Below are positions 27,434-36,059 of a stretch of 64,000 bases of DNA, piece after piece; within the stretch, counting starts at the first letter, position 1; each line of letters opens with the position of its first letter. Below the pieces are notes generated by a model. It searched no databases and was not told the DNA's origin. It worked only from the letters and a program-made list of their open reading frames with translations. Position numbers and translations under genes: made by a program. Source of the DNA: an uncultured Eubacteriales bacterium (GTDB lineage Bacteria; Actinomycetota; Coriobacteriia; Anaerosomatales; PHET01); assembly GCA_964607705.1 (NCBI GenBank), contig CAZSLI010000004.1:15750-79749 (forward strand), given 5' to 3'.

Positions 27434-27882
27434 TCGGCATGGCGAAGGGGATGTTGACCACCCTCAAGCACGCCTTCCGGCCGGCGTTCACGACGCGCTA
27501 TCCCTGGGGGCCCGTTACCCTCCCCGAACGCAGTCGGACGTCGTTCGCTCTCCCACTCGGCGAAGACGGTCTCCCGCTGTGCAAGGCATGCAACCTCTGC
27601 GCGAAGAGCTGTCCTGATGCAGCGATCGTGCTCGAATCGGAGAAGCGCGCCGACGGACCGGGCCGGGTGCTCACGTCGTTCAAGATCGATCTCGGCCTGT
27701 GCATGTACTGCGGCATCTGCGTCGAGAACTGCCCGTCCTCGGGACTTCATCACACCGGTGACTTCGAGACTGCCACGCACCTGAGGGATGACACGATGCT
27801 CGTGTTGTTCGAGGCCCCGGGCGCGACTGCCCCCGCCGAGGACTCGGCCGGCAAGGCACCCGTCGCAGAGGAGGCGTCATGA
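27430..27882 (+). CDS. nuoI: NADH-quinone oxidoreductase subunit I
   Basis: CKACNLCAKSCP and CMYCGICVENCP. Confidence 0.95.
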   Translation: MIGMAKGMLTTLKHAFRPAFTTRYPWGPVTLPERSRTSFALPLGEDGLPLCKACNLCAKSCPDAAIVLESEKRADGPGRVLTSFKIDLGLCMYCGICVENCPSSGLHHTGDFETATHLRDDTMLVLFEAPGATAPAEDSAGKAPVAEEAS

Positions 27883-28385
27883 CGCTCACGGGCGTGCTCT
27901 TCTACGTCTATGCGGCGGTAGCCCTCGCCGGCGCTGTGGGCCTCGTCATGGCGCCCAAGCTCATCCACGCCGTCATGTGCATGTTCGCGACGATGTTCTC
28001 CATCGCCGCCCTCTACCTGCTACTGGGCAGCGAGTTTCTCGCAGCCATGCAGCTCTTCGTCTACGGCGGCGCGATCACCGTGCTCGTCCTGTTCGTGCTG
28101 ATGCTCACGCGACCGACCGAAGGCGCCGAGTCGGCCCCACCGGTCAGGTGGTTCGCCGCAGCCCTGTGCCTCGTGTTCTTCGGCGTGCTCGCCACGACCT
28201 TGGGCCGCGCCGAGTGGCAGGTCGCCGCAAGCCACGCGCACGACGCGGCCTCTCTCGGCGAGATCCTCTTCTCTCGCTACGCCCTCCCCTTCGAGATAGC
28301 CGGCCTCGCGCTCACTATCGCGCTCATCGGCGCCATAGTGCTCGCTCGTGAGGACGACATGGCGGAGGAGGTGGCCGAGTCATGA
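27879..28385 (+). CDS. nuoJ: NADH-quinone oxidoreductase subunit J
   Basis: QLFVYGGAITVLVLFVLML, PFEIAG. Confidence 0.93.
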   Translation: MTLTGVLFYVYAAVALAGAVGLVMAPKLIHAVMCMFATMFSIAALYLLLGSEFLAAMQLFVYGGAITVLVLFVLMLTRPTEGAESAPPVRWFAAALCLVFFGVLATTLGRAEWQVAASHAHDAASLGEILFSRYALPFEIAGLALTIALIGAIVLAREDDMAEEVAES

Positions 28386-28690
28386 TCGGCCTCAACCACT
28401 ACCTCGTGCTGGCCGCGGCGCTCTTCTGCATCGGTCTGTACGGTGCGCTCACGTCGAAGAGCGCACTGCGCGTGGTCATCTGCGTCGAGCTCGTGCTGAA
28501 CGCCGTGAACCTGAATCTGGCGGCCTTCTCGGTGTATATCGCTCCGCGTGAAGCGGTCGGCATGAACTTCGTCATCTTCCTGATGGTGGTAGCAGCGGCC
28601 GAGGTCGGCCTGGCACTGGCGCTCATCATCACGCTCAACCGATCGAGCGACATCAGTCGCATCGACAGCATCAGCAGGTTGAGGGGATAG
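28382..28690 (+). CDS. nuoK: NADH-quinone oxidoreductase subunit K
   Basis: ICVELVLNAVNLN, VAAAEVGLALA. Confidence 0.95.
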   Translation: MIGLNHYLVLAAALFCIGLYGALTSKSALRVVICVELVLNAVNLNLAAFSVYIAPREAVGMNFVIFLMVVAAAEVGLALALIITLNRSSDISRIDSISRLRG

Positions 28691-28692
28691 CG

Positions 28693-30618
28693 ATGAACCT
28701 GATGCACTACAGCTGGACGCTTCCCCTCGTTCCTCTGGCTGTCTTCGTCTTCGTGGTGGCGACCGGCCGCAAGTCGCCGAGGATGGTGGCGCCGGTCCTC
28801 GGCATCGCTGCCCAGGCGGTGGTCTTCGCGGCCTCGGTCGGGATGCTCGTCGCGACGAGCGCCGGAGCGACCTACGAAGCGTCAACGACGTGGCTGCGGG
28901 TCGGCGAGAAGACGATCGAGTTCGGCGTGCTCATCGACCCGCTCTCCGCCACGATGATCGCCATCGTCTCGTTCGTGAGCATGCTCGTGCAGCTGTACTC
29001 CATCGGCTACATGTCGGAGGAGGAGCGCTTCCGCTGGTTCTACGGTGCCATCTCCCTGTTCACGGCGGCGATGCTCGGAGTGGTCATCTCCAACGGCTGG
29101 CTGCTGATGTACATGAGCTGGGAGGTCATGGGCCTCGCGAGCTACCTCTTGATCGGCTTCTGGTACGAGGACCCCAACGCTCCCCCCGCGTCTATGAAGG
29201 CGTTCTTGGTCACGCGCTTCGGCGACGTGGGATTCGGGCTCGCACTCGTCCTCATGTGGCTCACGGTGGGCTCGTTCACCTTCAGCGTCGTGTTCGAGGC
29301 CGTCGAGTCGGGTGCATGGGTCGGTGCGTCGCTCGCCGCTTGTGCACTGCTCTTGTTCGCGGGCGCCATGGGCAAGAGCGCCCAGTTCCCGCTCCACGTC
29401 TGGCTACCGGACGCCATGGCCGGTCCGACGCCCGGCTCGGCGCTCATCCATGCAGCCACCATGGTGGCCGCCGGCGTCTACCTCGTAGCGCGCTCGTTCC
29501 CGCTCTACGAGGCCGCCGAGTGGACACTCGGCGTCGTGGGGACCGTGGGGACGATCACCGCGGTCATGGGGGCACTCATCGCGCTCTCGATGCATGACAT
29601 CAAGAAGGTTCTCGCGTACTCCACCATCTCGCAGTTGGGCTACATGTTCCTCGCGTTGGGCACGGGCAACTGGGTCGCGGCCGTGTTCCATCTGATGACG
29701 CACGCCTTCTTCAAGGCGCTGCTCTTCCTCGCGGCCGGGTCTGTGATCCATGCCACGCACACTCAGGACCTCCACGAACTCGGGGGCCTGTGGCGCAAGA
29801 TGCCGTGGACGACGGCGACCTGGTGTCTCGGGGCCCTTTCGCTGGCCGGCATTCCCCCGCTCGCGGGCTTCTGGAGCAAGGACGAGATTCTCCTTTCCGC
29901 ATTCAACAACGGGGACTGGGGCTTCTTGATCGCCGGTCTGGCGACGGCCGCGCTCACCGCCTTCTACATGGCGCGCGCGACCTTCCTGACATTCTTCGTC
30001 AAGCCGGGGCCACAGAGCCAAAGCGAACATGCACACGAAGCGCCCTGGGTCATGACGGTCCCGCTGGCTGTACTTGCTGGACTCGCGGTGACCGTCGGAC
30101 TCGTGGGTTCGCCGGCCACCGGGTATGCGTTCGGCGGGTTCCTCGGCGAGCATGAGGCCGCGGACCCGAACCTGATCCTCGCGGGTGTCGCTGTGGGCGT
30201 CGCCGTCGCCGGCATCCTGCTCGCTTGGTCGAGTTACATCAGACGCCTGTTCGAACCGGACGGCTACTTCCGCACGCGGCTCGTCTCAAAGGTCTTCGAG
30301 CGCAAGTTCTGGATGGACGAGATATATAGCCTGTTCGTCGTCGACCCCACCAAGGCCATTTCCGAGTTCGCGCGCAAGGTCGACCACACTGTGATCGACG
30401 GAGTTGTCCGAGGGCTCGGCTGGGTGGGCCTCAACGTCAGTGCGATGCTGGCATGGATCGACCGTGAGGCGGTCGATGGCACGCTGGTCGATGGCCTCGG
30501 GGAGACGGTCGCCGAGTCAGGCGAGATCGTTCGGCAGGTGCACTCAGGCAACGTCCAGACCTACCTGCTCCTCCTGGTCGTCGGCATCGTGGTCCTCGCG
30601 GTGGTGTTCGCCCGATGA
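28693..30618 (+). CDS. nuoL: NADH-quinone oxidoreductase subunit L with extended lateral helix
   Basis: WEVMG, GKSAQFPLHVWLPDAMAGPTP, HAATMV, THAFFKALLF, GFWSKDEI. Confidence 0.95.
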   Translation: MNLMHYSWTLPLVPLAVFVFVVATGRKSPRMVAPVLGIAAQAVVFAASVGMLVATSAGATYEASTTWLRVGEKTIEFGVLIDPLSATMIAIVSFVSMLVQLYSIGYMSEEERFRWFYGAISLFTAAMLGVVISNGWLLMYMSWEVMGLASYLLIGFWYEDPNAPPASMKAFLVTRFGDVGFGLALVLMWLTVGSFTFSVVFEAVESGAWVGASLAACALLLFAGAMGKSAQFPLHVWLPDAMAGPTPGSALIHAATMVAAGVYLVARSFPLYEAAEWTLGVVGTVGTITAVMGALIALSMHDIKKVLAYSTISQLGYMFLALGTGNWVAAVFHLMTHAFFKALLFLAAGSVIHATHTQDLHELGGLWRKMPWTTATWCLGALSLAGIPPLAGFWSKDEILLSAFNNGDWGFLIAGLATAALTAFYMARATFLTFFVKPGPQSQSEHAHEAPWVMTVPLAVLAGLAVTVGLVGSPATGYAFGGFLGEHEAADPNLILAGVAVGVAVAGILLAWSSYIRRLFEPDGYFRTRLVSKVFERKFWMDEIYSLFVVDPTKAISEFARKVDHTVIDGVVRGLGWVGLNVSAMLAWIDREAVDGTLVDGLGETVAESGEIVRQVHSGNVQTYLLLLVVGIVVLAVVFAR

Positions 30619-32078
30619 CCACGGTCCCGGTGCTCTCGGTCATCACGCTCACGCCGGTCGTCGCGGCCGTGCTCATCGCCGTGTTCGGCCGCGGCCGGAG
30701 TCCTCGGTACATCGCGCTCGCTGCTGCCTCCATCTGCCTTGGCTCGGCCGTGTGGGTCTACTTCAGCTACGACCGCGTCGCGTCGGGATTCCAGTTCGTC
30801 GAGTCGATGCCGTGGATCCCGTCGCTGGGAGTGGGGTACCTGGTCGGCGTCGACGGCATCTCGGTCCCCATGCTGATGCTGATGGGCCTCGTGATGTTCA
30901 CCGGCGTGCTGGTCAGCTGGGACCTCCAGGAGCGGACGCGCGAGTTCTTCGTGCTGTTGCTGCTGCTCGTAACGGGCGTCTTCGGTGTGTTCGTGTCTCT
31001 CGACGCGTTCCTGTTGTTCTTCTTCTACGAGATGGCCGTTCTTCCGATGTACCTGCTCATCGCGATCTGGGGGTCCACGAAGAAGGACTACTCGGCGATG
31101 AAGCTGACGCTCTTCCTGTTCGCGGGAAGCGCCGCCATCGTGCTCGCCCTCGTGTTCGTCTACTGGCAGGTCGGCGCGAACTCGTTCGACCTGCGTGTCT
31201 GGGCCGCGTACGACTTCCCCGCCGAGTTCCAGCGGTGGGCGTTCCTGGTGCTGTTCCTCGGCTTCGGAGCACTCGTGCCAATCTTCCCGCTCCACACGTG
31301 GTCGCCCGACGGCCACGTCGCGGCGCCCACCGCCGTCTCGATGATGCACGCCGGCGTGCTACTCAAGATCGGCGCGTTCGGCGTGATCCGGTTGGGGATG
31401 TGGCTCTTCCCTCAGGGCATCACCGACTGGGCCTACCTGATCGCGATCGTCGGCTGCATCAACGTCGTCTACGGCGCCCTGTGCGCCATGAACCAGACTG
31501 ACCTCAAATACGTCATCGGCTACTCCTCGGTCAGCCACATGGGTTACGTCCTGCTGGGGCTGGCGATGCTCGACCGCTTCGGCATCGAGGGAGCGGTCTT
31601 TCAGATGTTCGCGCACGGCATCATGACCGCACTGTTCTTCGCGCTCATCGGCTACGTCTACGAAAAGGCGCACACGCGCCAGATCGCCGAGATATCGGGC
31701 CTGATGCGCAAGACGCCTCTGGTCGCCGCAGCGTTCATCATCGCAGCCGCAGCCAGCATGGGTCTGCCGTCGACCAGCGGCTTCGTCGCGGAGCTGTTGG
31801 TGTACATCGGGATGATCCAGCAGGAGCCCATTCTCGCCGTCATCGCGTTCATCGGCGTCGTCGTCACCGCCGCCTACCTCGTCCGGATGCTCGGCAAGAT
31901 CCTGCTGGGCGAGCCGTCCGAGTCGGTCGCCGCGATCTCGGACCCGCGGCCACTACGCCTTGCGCCCATGGGGATGCTGGCCGTGACGATCATGGTCGTC
32001 GGGCTCAACCCGGCCATGCTCTATGGCACCATCCGGGCCGGCGTCATCCCGCTCGTCACCAAGCTGGCGGGGGGCTGA
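30615..32078 (+). CDS. nuoM: NADH-quinone oxidoreductase subunit M, copy 1
   Basis: FFFYEM, PLHTWSPDGHVAAPT, HAGVLLKIG, YSSVSHMG, GFVAE. Confidence 0.92.
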   Translation: MTTVPVLSVITLTPVVAAVLIAVFGRGRSPRYIALAAASICLGSAVWVYFSYDRVASGFQFVESMPWIPSLGVGYLVGVDGISVPMLMLMGLVMFTGVLVSWDLQERTREFFVLLLLLVTGVFGVFVSLDAFLLFFFYEMAVLPMYLLIAIWGSTKKDYSAMKLTLFLFAGSAAIVLALVFVYWQVGANSFDLRVWAAYDFPAEFQRWAFLVLFLGFGALVPIFPLHTWSPDGHVAAPTAVSMMHAGVLLKIGAFGVIRLGMWLFPQGITDWAYLIAIVGCINVVYGALCAMNQTDLKYVIGYSSVSHMGYVLLGLAMLDRFGIEGAVFQMFAHGIMTALFFALIGYVYEKAHTRQIAEISGLMRKTPLVAAAFIIAAAASMGLPSTSGFVAELLVYIGMIQQEPILAVIAFIGVVVTAAYLVRMLGKILLGEPSESVAAISDPRPLRLAPMGMLAVTIMVVGLNPAMLYGTIRAGVIPLVTKLAGG

Positions 32079-32081
32079 TAG

Positions 32082-33551
32082 ATGCCCGAAGCCATGACTT
32101 GGATGCGCTATCTGGCTCCCGAGATGATCGTCGCCCTCACGGGTGTGGTCCTGATCGTCGCCGATCTCATCTGGCCGATGCGCGAGGACTGCCGTCACAG
32201 AGGTCGGCCGTGGATCGCCTACCTCGGGATAGCGGGCCTTGTCGCCGCAGCCGTGGCCACCGTGATGACCGGCGCGCCGTCCGGCGGCGTCGCGCTCTTC
32301 GGCGGCATCATCCTCATCGACCAACTGGCTGTGTTCTTCAAGGTGCTGTTCCTCGGGATCGGGGTCATCGTCCTGCTCATCGCGGTCGACCCCCTCCCCG
32401 TGTTCAGCAAGTGGCCTGCGGAGTTCTACGCACTGGTGGTGTGGTGCACGCTCGGCCACATGCTCCTCTCCTCGGCGGGCGAGCTGTTCACCATCTTCCT
32501 GTGCCTGCAGCTCACCAGCCTGCCTCTGATCGTGCTCATCGGCTACGCCAAGCGTGATGTCCGCAGCGGTGAGGCGTCGCTCAAGTACCTGCTCCTCGTG
32601 CTCGTCTCGACTGCGGTACTGCTCTACGGGATGTCGCTCATCTACGGGGCGCTCGGCACGAGCACCATCTCTGAGATAGGGACGCTGCTGGAGCAGCAGT
32701 CCGAAGTGACCACGGTCGTGGCGCTCGGCCTCGTGCTGCTGCTCACAGGGTTCGCGTTCAAGATCACCGCGTTCCCCTTCCAATACTGGGTGCCCGACGT
32801 GTACCAAGGCGCCCCCACCCCCGTGACCGCCTTCCTGTCGGTGGGCTCCAAGTTCGCAGGATTCGCCCTCGCCCTGCGTATCATCGTCACGGGGCTGCAG
32901 ATCGACCTGAACTGGCATCTCATCTTCGGGGCGCTGGCGGCGCTGTCGATGACGTTCGGCAACCTCGGCGCGATCAAACAGACCAACATCAAGCGCATGC
33001 TCGCCTACTCCGGTATCGCTCAGGCCGGGTATCTGCTCGTCGGGCTGGCGGCGCTCTCTGCTTCGGGCATCGGCGCCCTGCTCTTTTACGCCGTCGCCTA
33101 CACCGCCGCGAACCTGGCGGCGTTCGGCGCGATCATCGTGTTCGCGCAGCAGACCGGTTCCGAGGAGATCGCCGACTACGACGGCCTTGCCCGCCGAGCT
33201 CCCCTCGTCGCCCTCGCGCTGACGGTCGCGCTGCTTTCCTTGGGCGGACTGCCGCTCATGGCAGGCTTCATGGCGAAGTTCTACGTCTTCCTGTACGCCG
33301 CGCTGGCCGGGCTCTTCTGGCTCGTCGCGATCGGCGTGGCGAACGGCGTCATCGCGCTCTACTACTACCTGCGGGTCGTCTGGCACATCTACGTCGCCGA
33401 GGACAAGACCTCGGGCGCCGAGCTCCGTCTCGCACCGCGTGCGGGCATCGCCCTGTCGCTCTGCGTCGTGGGCATCTTCGCGATCGGACTGTTCCCGCAG
33501 CCGTTGTTCGACGCCAGCCAGCGGGCCGCGGCCGCGCTATTCGGCGGCTGA
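32082..33551 (+). CDS. nuoN: NADH-quinone oxidoreductase subunit N
   Basis: GEASLKY, FKITAFPF..WVPDVYQGAPT, KRMLAYSGIA, GFMAKF. Confidence 0.95.
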   Translation: MPEAMTWMRYLAPEMIVALTGVVLIVADLIWPMREDCRHRGRPWIAYLGIAGLVAAAVATVMTGAPSGGVALFGGIILIDQLAVFFKVLFLGIGVIVLLIAVDPLPVFSKWPAEFYALVVWCTLGHMLLSSAGELFTIFLCLQLTSLPLIVLIGYAKRDVRSGEASLKYLLLVLVSTAVLLYGMSLIYGALGTSTISEIGTLLEQQSEVTTVVALGLVLLLTGFAFKITAFPFQYWVPDVYQGAPTPVTAFLSVGSKFAGFALALRIIVTGLQIDLNWHLIFGALAALSMTFGNLGAIKQTNIKRMLAYSGIAQAGYLLVGLAALSASGIGALLFYAVAYTAANLAAFGAIIVFAQQTGSEEIADYDGLARRAPLVALALTVALLSLGGLPLMAGFMAKFYVFLYAALAGLFWLVAIGVANGVIALYYYLRVVWHIYVAEDKTSGAELRLAPRAGIALSLCVVGIFAIGLFPQPLFDASQRAAAALFGG

Positions 33552-33567
33552 GAGGAAGGAGGGCCGC

Positions 33568-35040
33568 ATGACTGACGCAAGCATCCTGTTGCTCACCATC
33601 CTCGTGCCGCTCGTCGGGGCGGTCGTCATCGGCGCACTGCCCATGTCGCTCGAGCGGCTGGCTCGTCCAGCGGCCATCGGAGTATCGGGATTGGTGCTGG
33701 TGGCGTGCGGGCGCCTGTGGATAGCGTTCGACTCGGCGGCCCAAGGCATGCAGTTCGAGTACGTGCGCGACTGGATTCCCGGGCTGGGCACGAGCCTGCA
33801 TCTCGGCGTTGATGGACTCTCGTTGCCGCTGGTGGCACTGACGGCGCTGCTGACGGTTCTGGCTTGCGTGGCGTCCAAGTCGGTGACGGACCAGCGCCGA
33901 CAGTACTTCACTCTGCTATTGCTGCTCGAGGCCGGCCTGATAGGCGTCTTCGTCGCCTTGGACCTCGTGCTCTTCTACGTCTTCTGGGAAGTCGTTCTGA
34001 TCCCGATGTTCTTCCTGATCAGCGTCTGGGGCGGGCCGCGCCGGTCGTACGCGTCGGTCAAGTTCTTCGTGTACACGCTTGCGGGCTCGCTCGCCATGCT
34101 CGGCGGCATCATCACGCTGTATCTCGCGACCGGTGCGACATCGTTCGATCTTATCGGCCTGCAAGCCGCAGCCGGGGGACTCGCCCCCGCACTTCAGCTC
34201 GGGATCTTCCTCGCGATGGCATTCGCGCTCGCGGTCAAGGTTCCCATCGTGCCGTTCCACACCTGGCTTCCCGATGCCCATGTGGAGGCGCCGACAGCCG
34301 TTTCGGTCCTGCTGGCCGGCGTTCTGCTCAAGATGGGCTCGTACGGGTTCATCCGGCTTGGCCCGCAGCTCCTGCCCGAAGGATTCAAGGCAGTCTCCCC
34401 TGTGCTGGCGGTGCTCGCGGTCGTCTCGATCGTCTACGGCGCCGCTGTCGCACTACGGCAGACCGACCTCAAGAAGCTCGTCGCCTACTCCTCGGTATCG
34501 CACATGGGCTACGTCATGCTCGGAATAGCGGCCGGCACTACCGCCGGCATCCTGGGAGCCGGTGTGCAGATGGTGTCTCACGGGCTGATCGCCGGCATGG
34601 CGTTCCTGCTTGTCGGGGCGCTCTACGAGCGCGCACATACGCGGGAGATGCAGGCCTTCGGCGGCATCGTGAAGGTCGCGCCTGTCCTCGGCGGCATGCT
34701 GGTCCTGATGGCGTTCGCCTCGCTCGGGCTTCCCGGCATGAGCGGCTTCATAGGCGAGTTCATGATCGTCACGGGGTCATTCTCAGCGTATCAGTGGATC
34801 TCGGTCATCGCTGCCACGGCCGTGGTGCTGACCGCCGCCTACCTGCTTTGGATGTTGCGCCGCGTGGTGTTCGGCCGACTCAACGAGGAGCGGCTCGAGA
34901 TGCCCGACATGACCGCCACCGAGGCGTGGGCGATCATGCCGCTCGCGGCCGCGACCTTGATCATCGGCATCTTCCCGCAGACGCTTGCGGGTGTCATGCA
35001 GGCGAGCGTGCAGGCGGTCGTCACGGCTCTGGGCGGCTAA
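33568..35040 (+). CDS. nuoM: NADH-quinone oxidoreductase subunit M, copy 2
   Basis: FYVFWE, AVKVPIVPFHTWLPDAHVEAPT, GVLLKMG, GFIGE; own AGGAAGGAGG RBS. Confidence 0.93.
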   Translation: MTDASILLLTILVPLVGAVVIGALPMSLERLARPAAIGVSGLVLVACGRLWIAFDSAAQGMQFEYVRDWIPGLGTSLHLGVDGLSLPLVALTALLTVLACVASKSVTDQRRQYFTLLLLLEAGLIGVFVALDLVLFYVFWEVVLIPMFFLISVWGGPRRSYASVKFFVYTLAGSLAMLGGIITLYLATGATSFDLIGLQAAAGGLAPALQLGIFLAMAFALAVKVPIVPFHTWLPDAHVEAPTAVSVLLAGVLLKMGSYGFIRLGPQLLPEGFKAVSPVLAVLAVVSIVYGAAVALRQTDLKKLVAYSSVSHMGYVMLGIAAGTTAGILGAGVQMVSHGLIAGMAFLLVGALYERAHTREMQAFGGIVKVAPVLGGMLVLMAFASLGLPGMSGFIGEFMIVTGSFSAYQWISVIAATAVVLTAAYLLWMLRRVVFGRLNEERLEMPDMTATEAWAIMPLAAATLIIGIFPQTLAGVMQASVQAVVTALGG

Positions 35041-35085
35041 CGGAAACCGACCGGACCAGCCATCGCCTCCGCACGACGCGCCGCG

Positions 35086-35955
35086 CTAGTGGGTCGCGAG
35101 CGCAGTCTCGAACTCGGTCGCCAACTCACTCTCGGACTGTGCACCCACCCACCGCTTGATCTCCTTGCCTGATGCGTCGACCAGCATCATGGTGGGCACC
35201 GCCGATACCCCTTGCTTGTTGGCGAACGCGGCTGCAGCCTTGTCCTTGTCAGTCTCCGGGTAGAGCTTGAAGGTCATGCGCCCCGCGTACTCCTGCGTGA
35301 GCCTGTCGACCACAGGCTTCATCTCGATGCAGGCCGGTCAAGTGGAGGTGCCGAAGTAGTAGAACGTCACCTGCCCGCTGGTCGAAGGCGGCCATGCCGA
35401 GGAGGTGGACCCGCCTCGCATACCAGAGAGCATGCCTACGCTCATCGCGCCACTGACGACCGTGACCACTACGCCTGCGATGAGCATCTGTCGAGCCGCC
35501 GCACGATTGGCATCTCGCACGATCAGCCAGCCGATGATGCCGCCGACTATTCCGAGCATGAACGGTAGCCACCACACCCACTTCGAGTAGCGGCCACCCG
35601 AAGGTTCGACATCGAGCAAAGACTTGCCTGCGGGTGCCTGCATCACCTGGTCGACCGGGCTGACGCCGGCACGCGCCCGGCCGGGCTCGGTGAAGGGTGG
35701 GGCGCCGGGGCTCTGAGGGGGTGTCCCAGGGGGAATCGGGCCCGCGACCGCAGCCTGATTCGGGGACTCGACCCAGGTCATCCGTTCGCCATCGAAGCTC
35801 AACGGCACTTCGGAGGAGTGGATCTGGACGTAGCGAGCGAGCGCCTCGGCGGCTTCCTCACGATCGAGGCCGGCCATCATCTCGGGCGTCACGTATCCTC
35901 GCAAGCTCAGCGTCTGCGAGATGTGCGCGTCGATCGCTTGCGTGTAGTCGGCCAT
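35086..35955 (-). CDS. Membrane-anchored selenocysteine thioredoxin (UxxC motif)
   Basis: ORFs 35338-35955 and 35086-35322 are in frame across TGA 35338-35340, giving FYYFGTST-U-PAC-IEMKP; the Trx fold continues with GVSAVPTMMLVD..G..W.G; two TM helices upstream. Confidence 0.88.
35292..35333 (-). promoter_or_regulatory. Putative bacterial SECIS element
   Basis: AGCCTGT-GGTCG-ACAGGCT perfect 7-bp stem, lower stem CCTGC/GCAGG; loop GG at +27/+28 from the UGA. Confidence 0.78.
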
Positions 35956-36059
35956 CCGGGCCCCTTCATGCGGGTATGCGCGTCACTCGGCTTATCGGCA
36001 GCAAGCGTCTGTGTGACGAGTGCGCCCGGTCACAATTCGGCAACCGGCGCAACAACCGG

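Noticed and set aside
36012-36036. TGTGA...TCACA upstream of the Sec-thioredoxin
   Set aside because: Spacer is 13 nt rather than 6, so not a CRP box.
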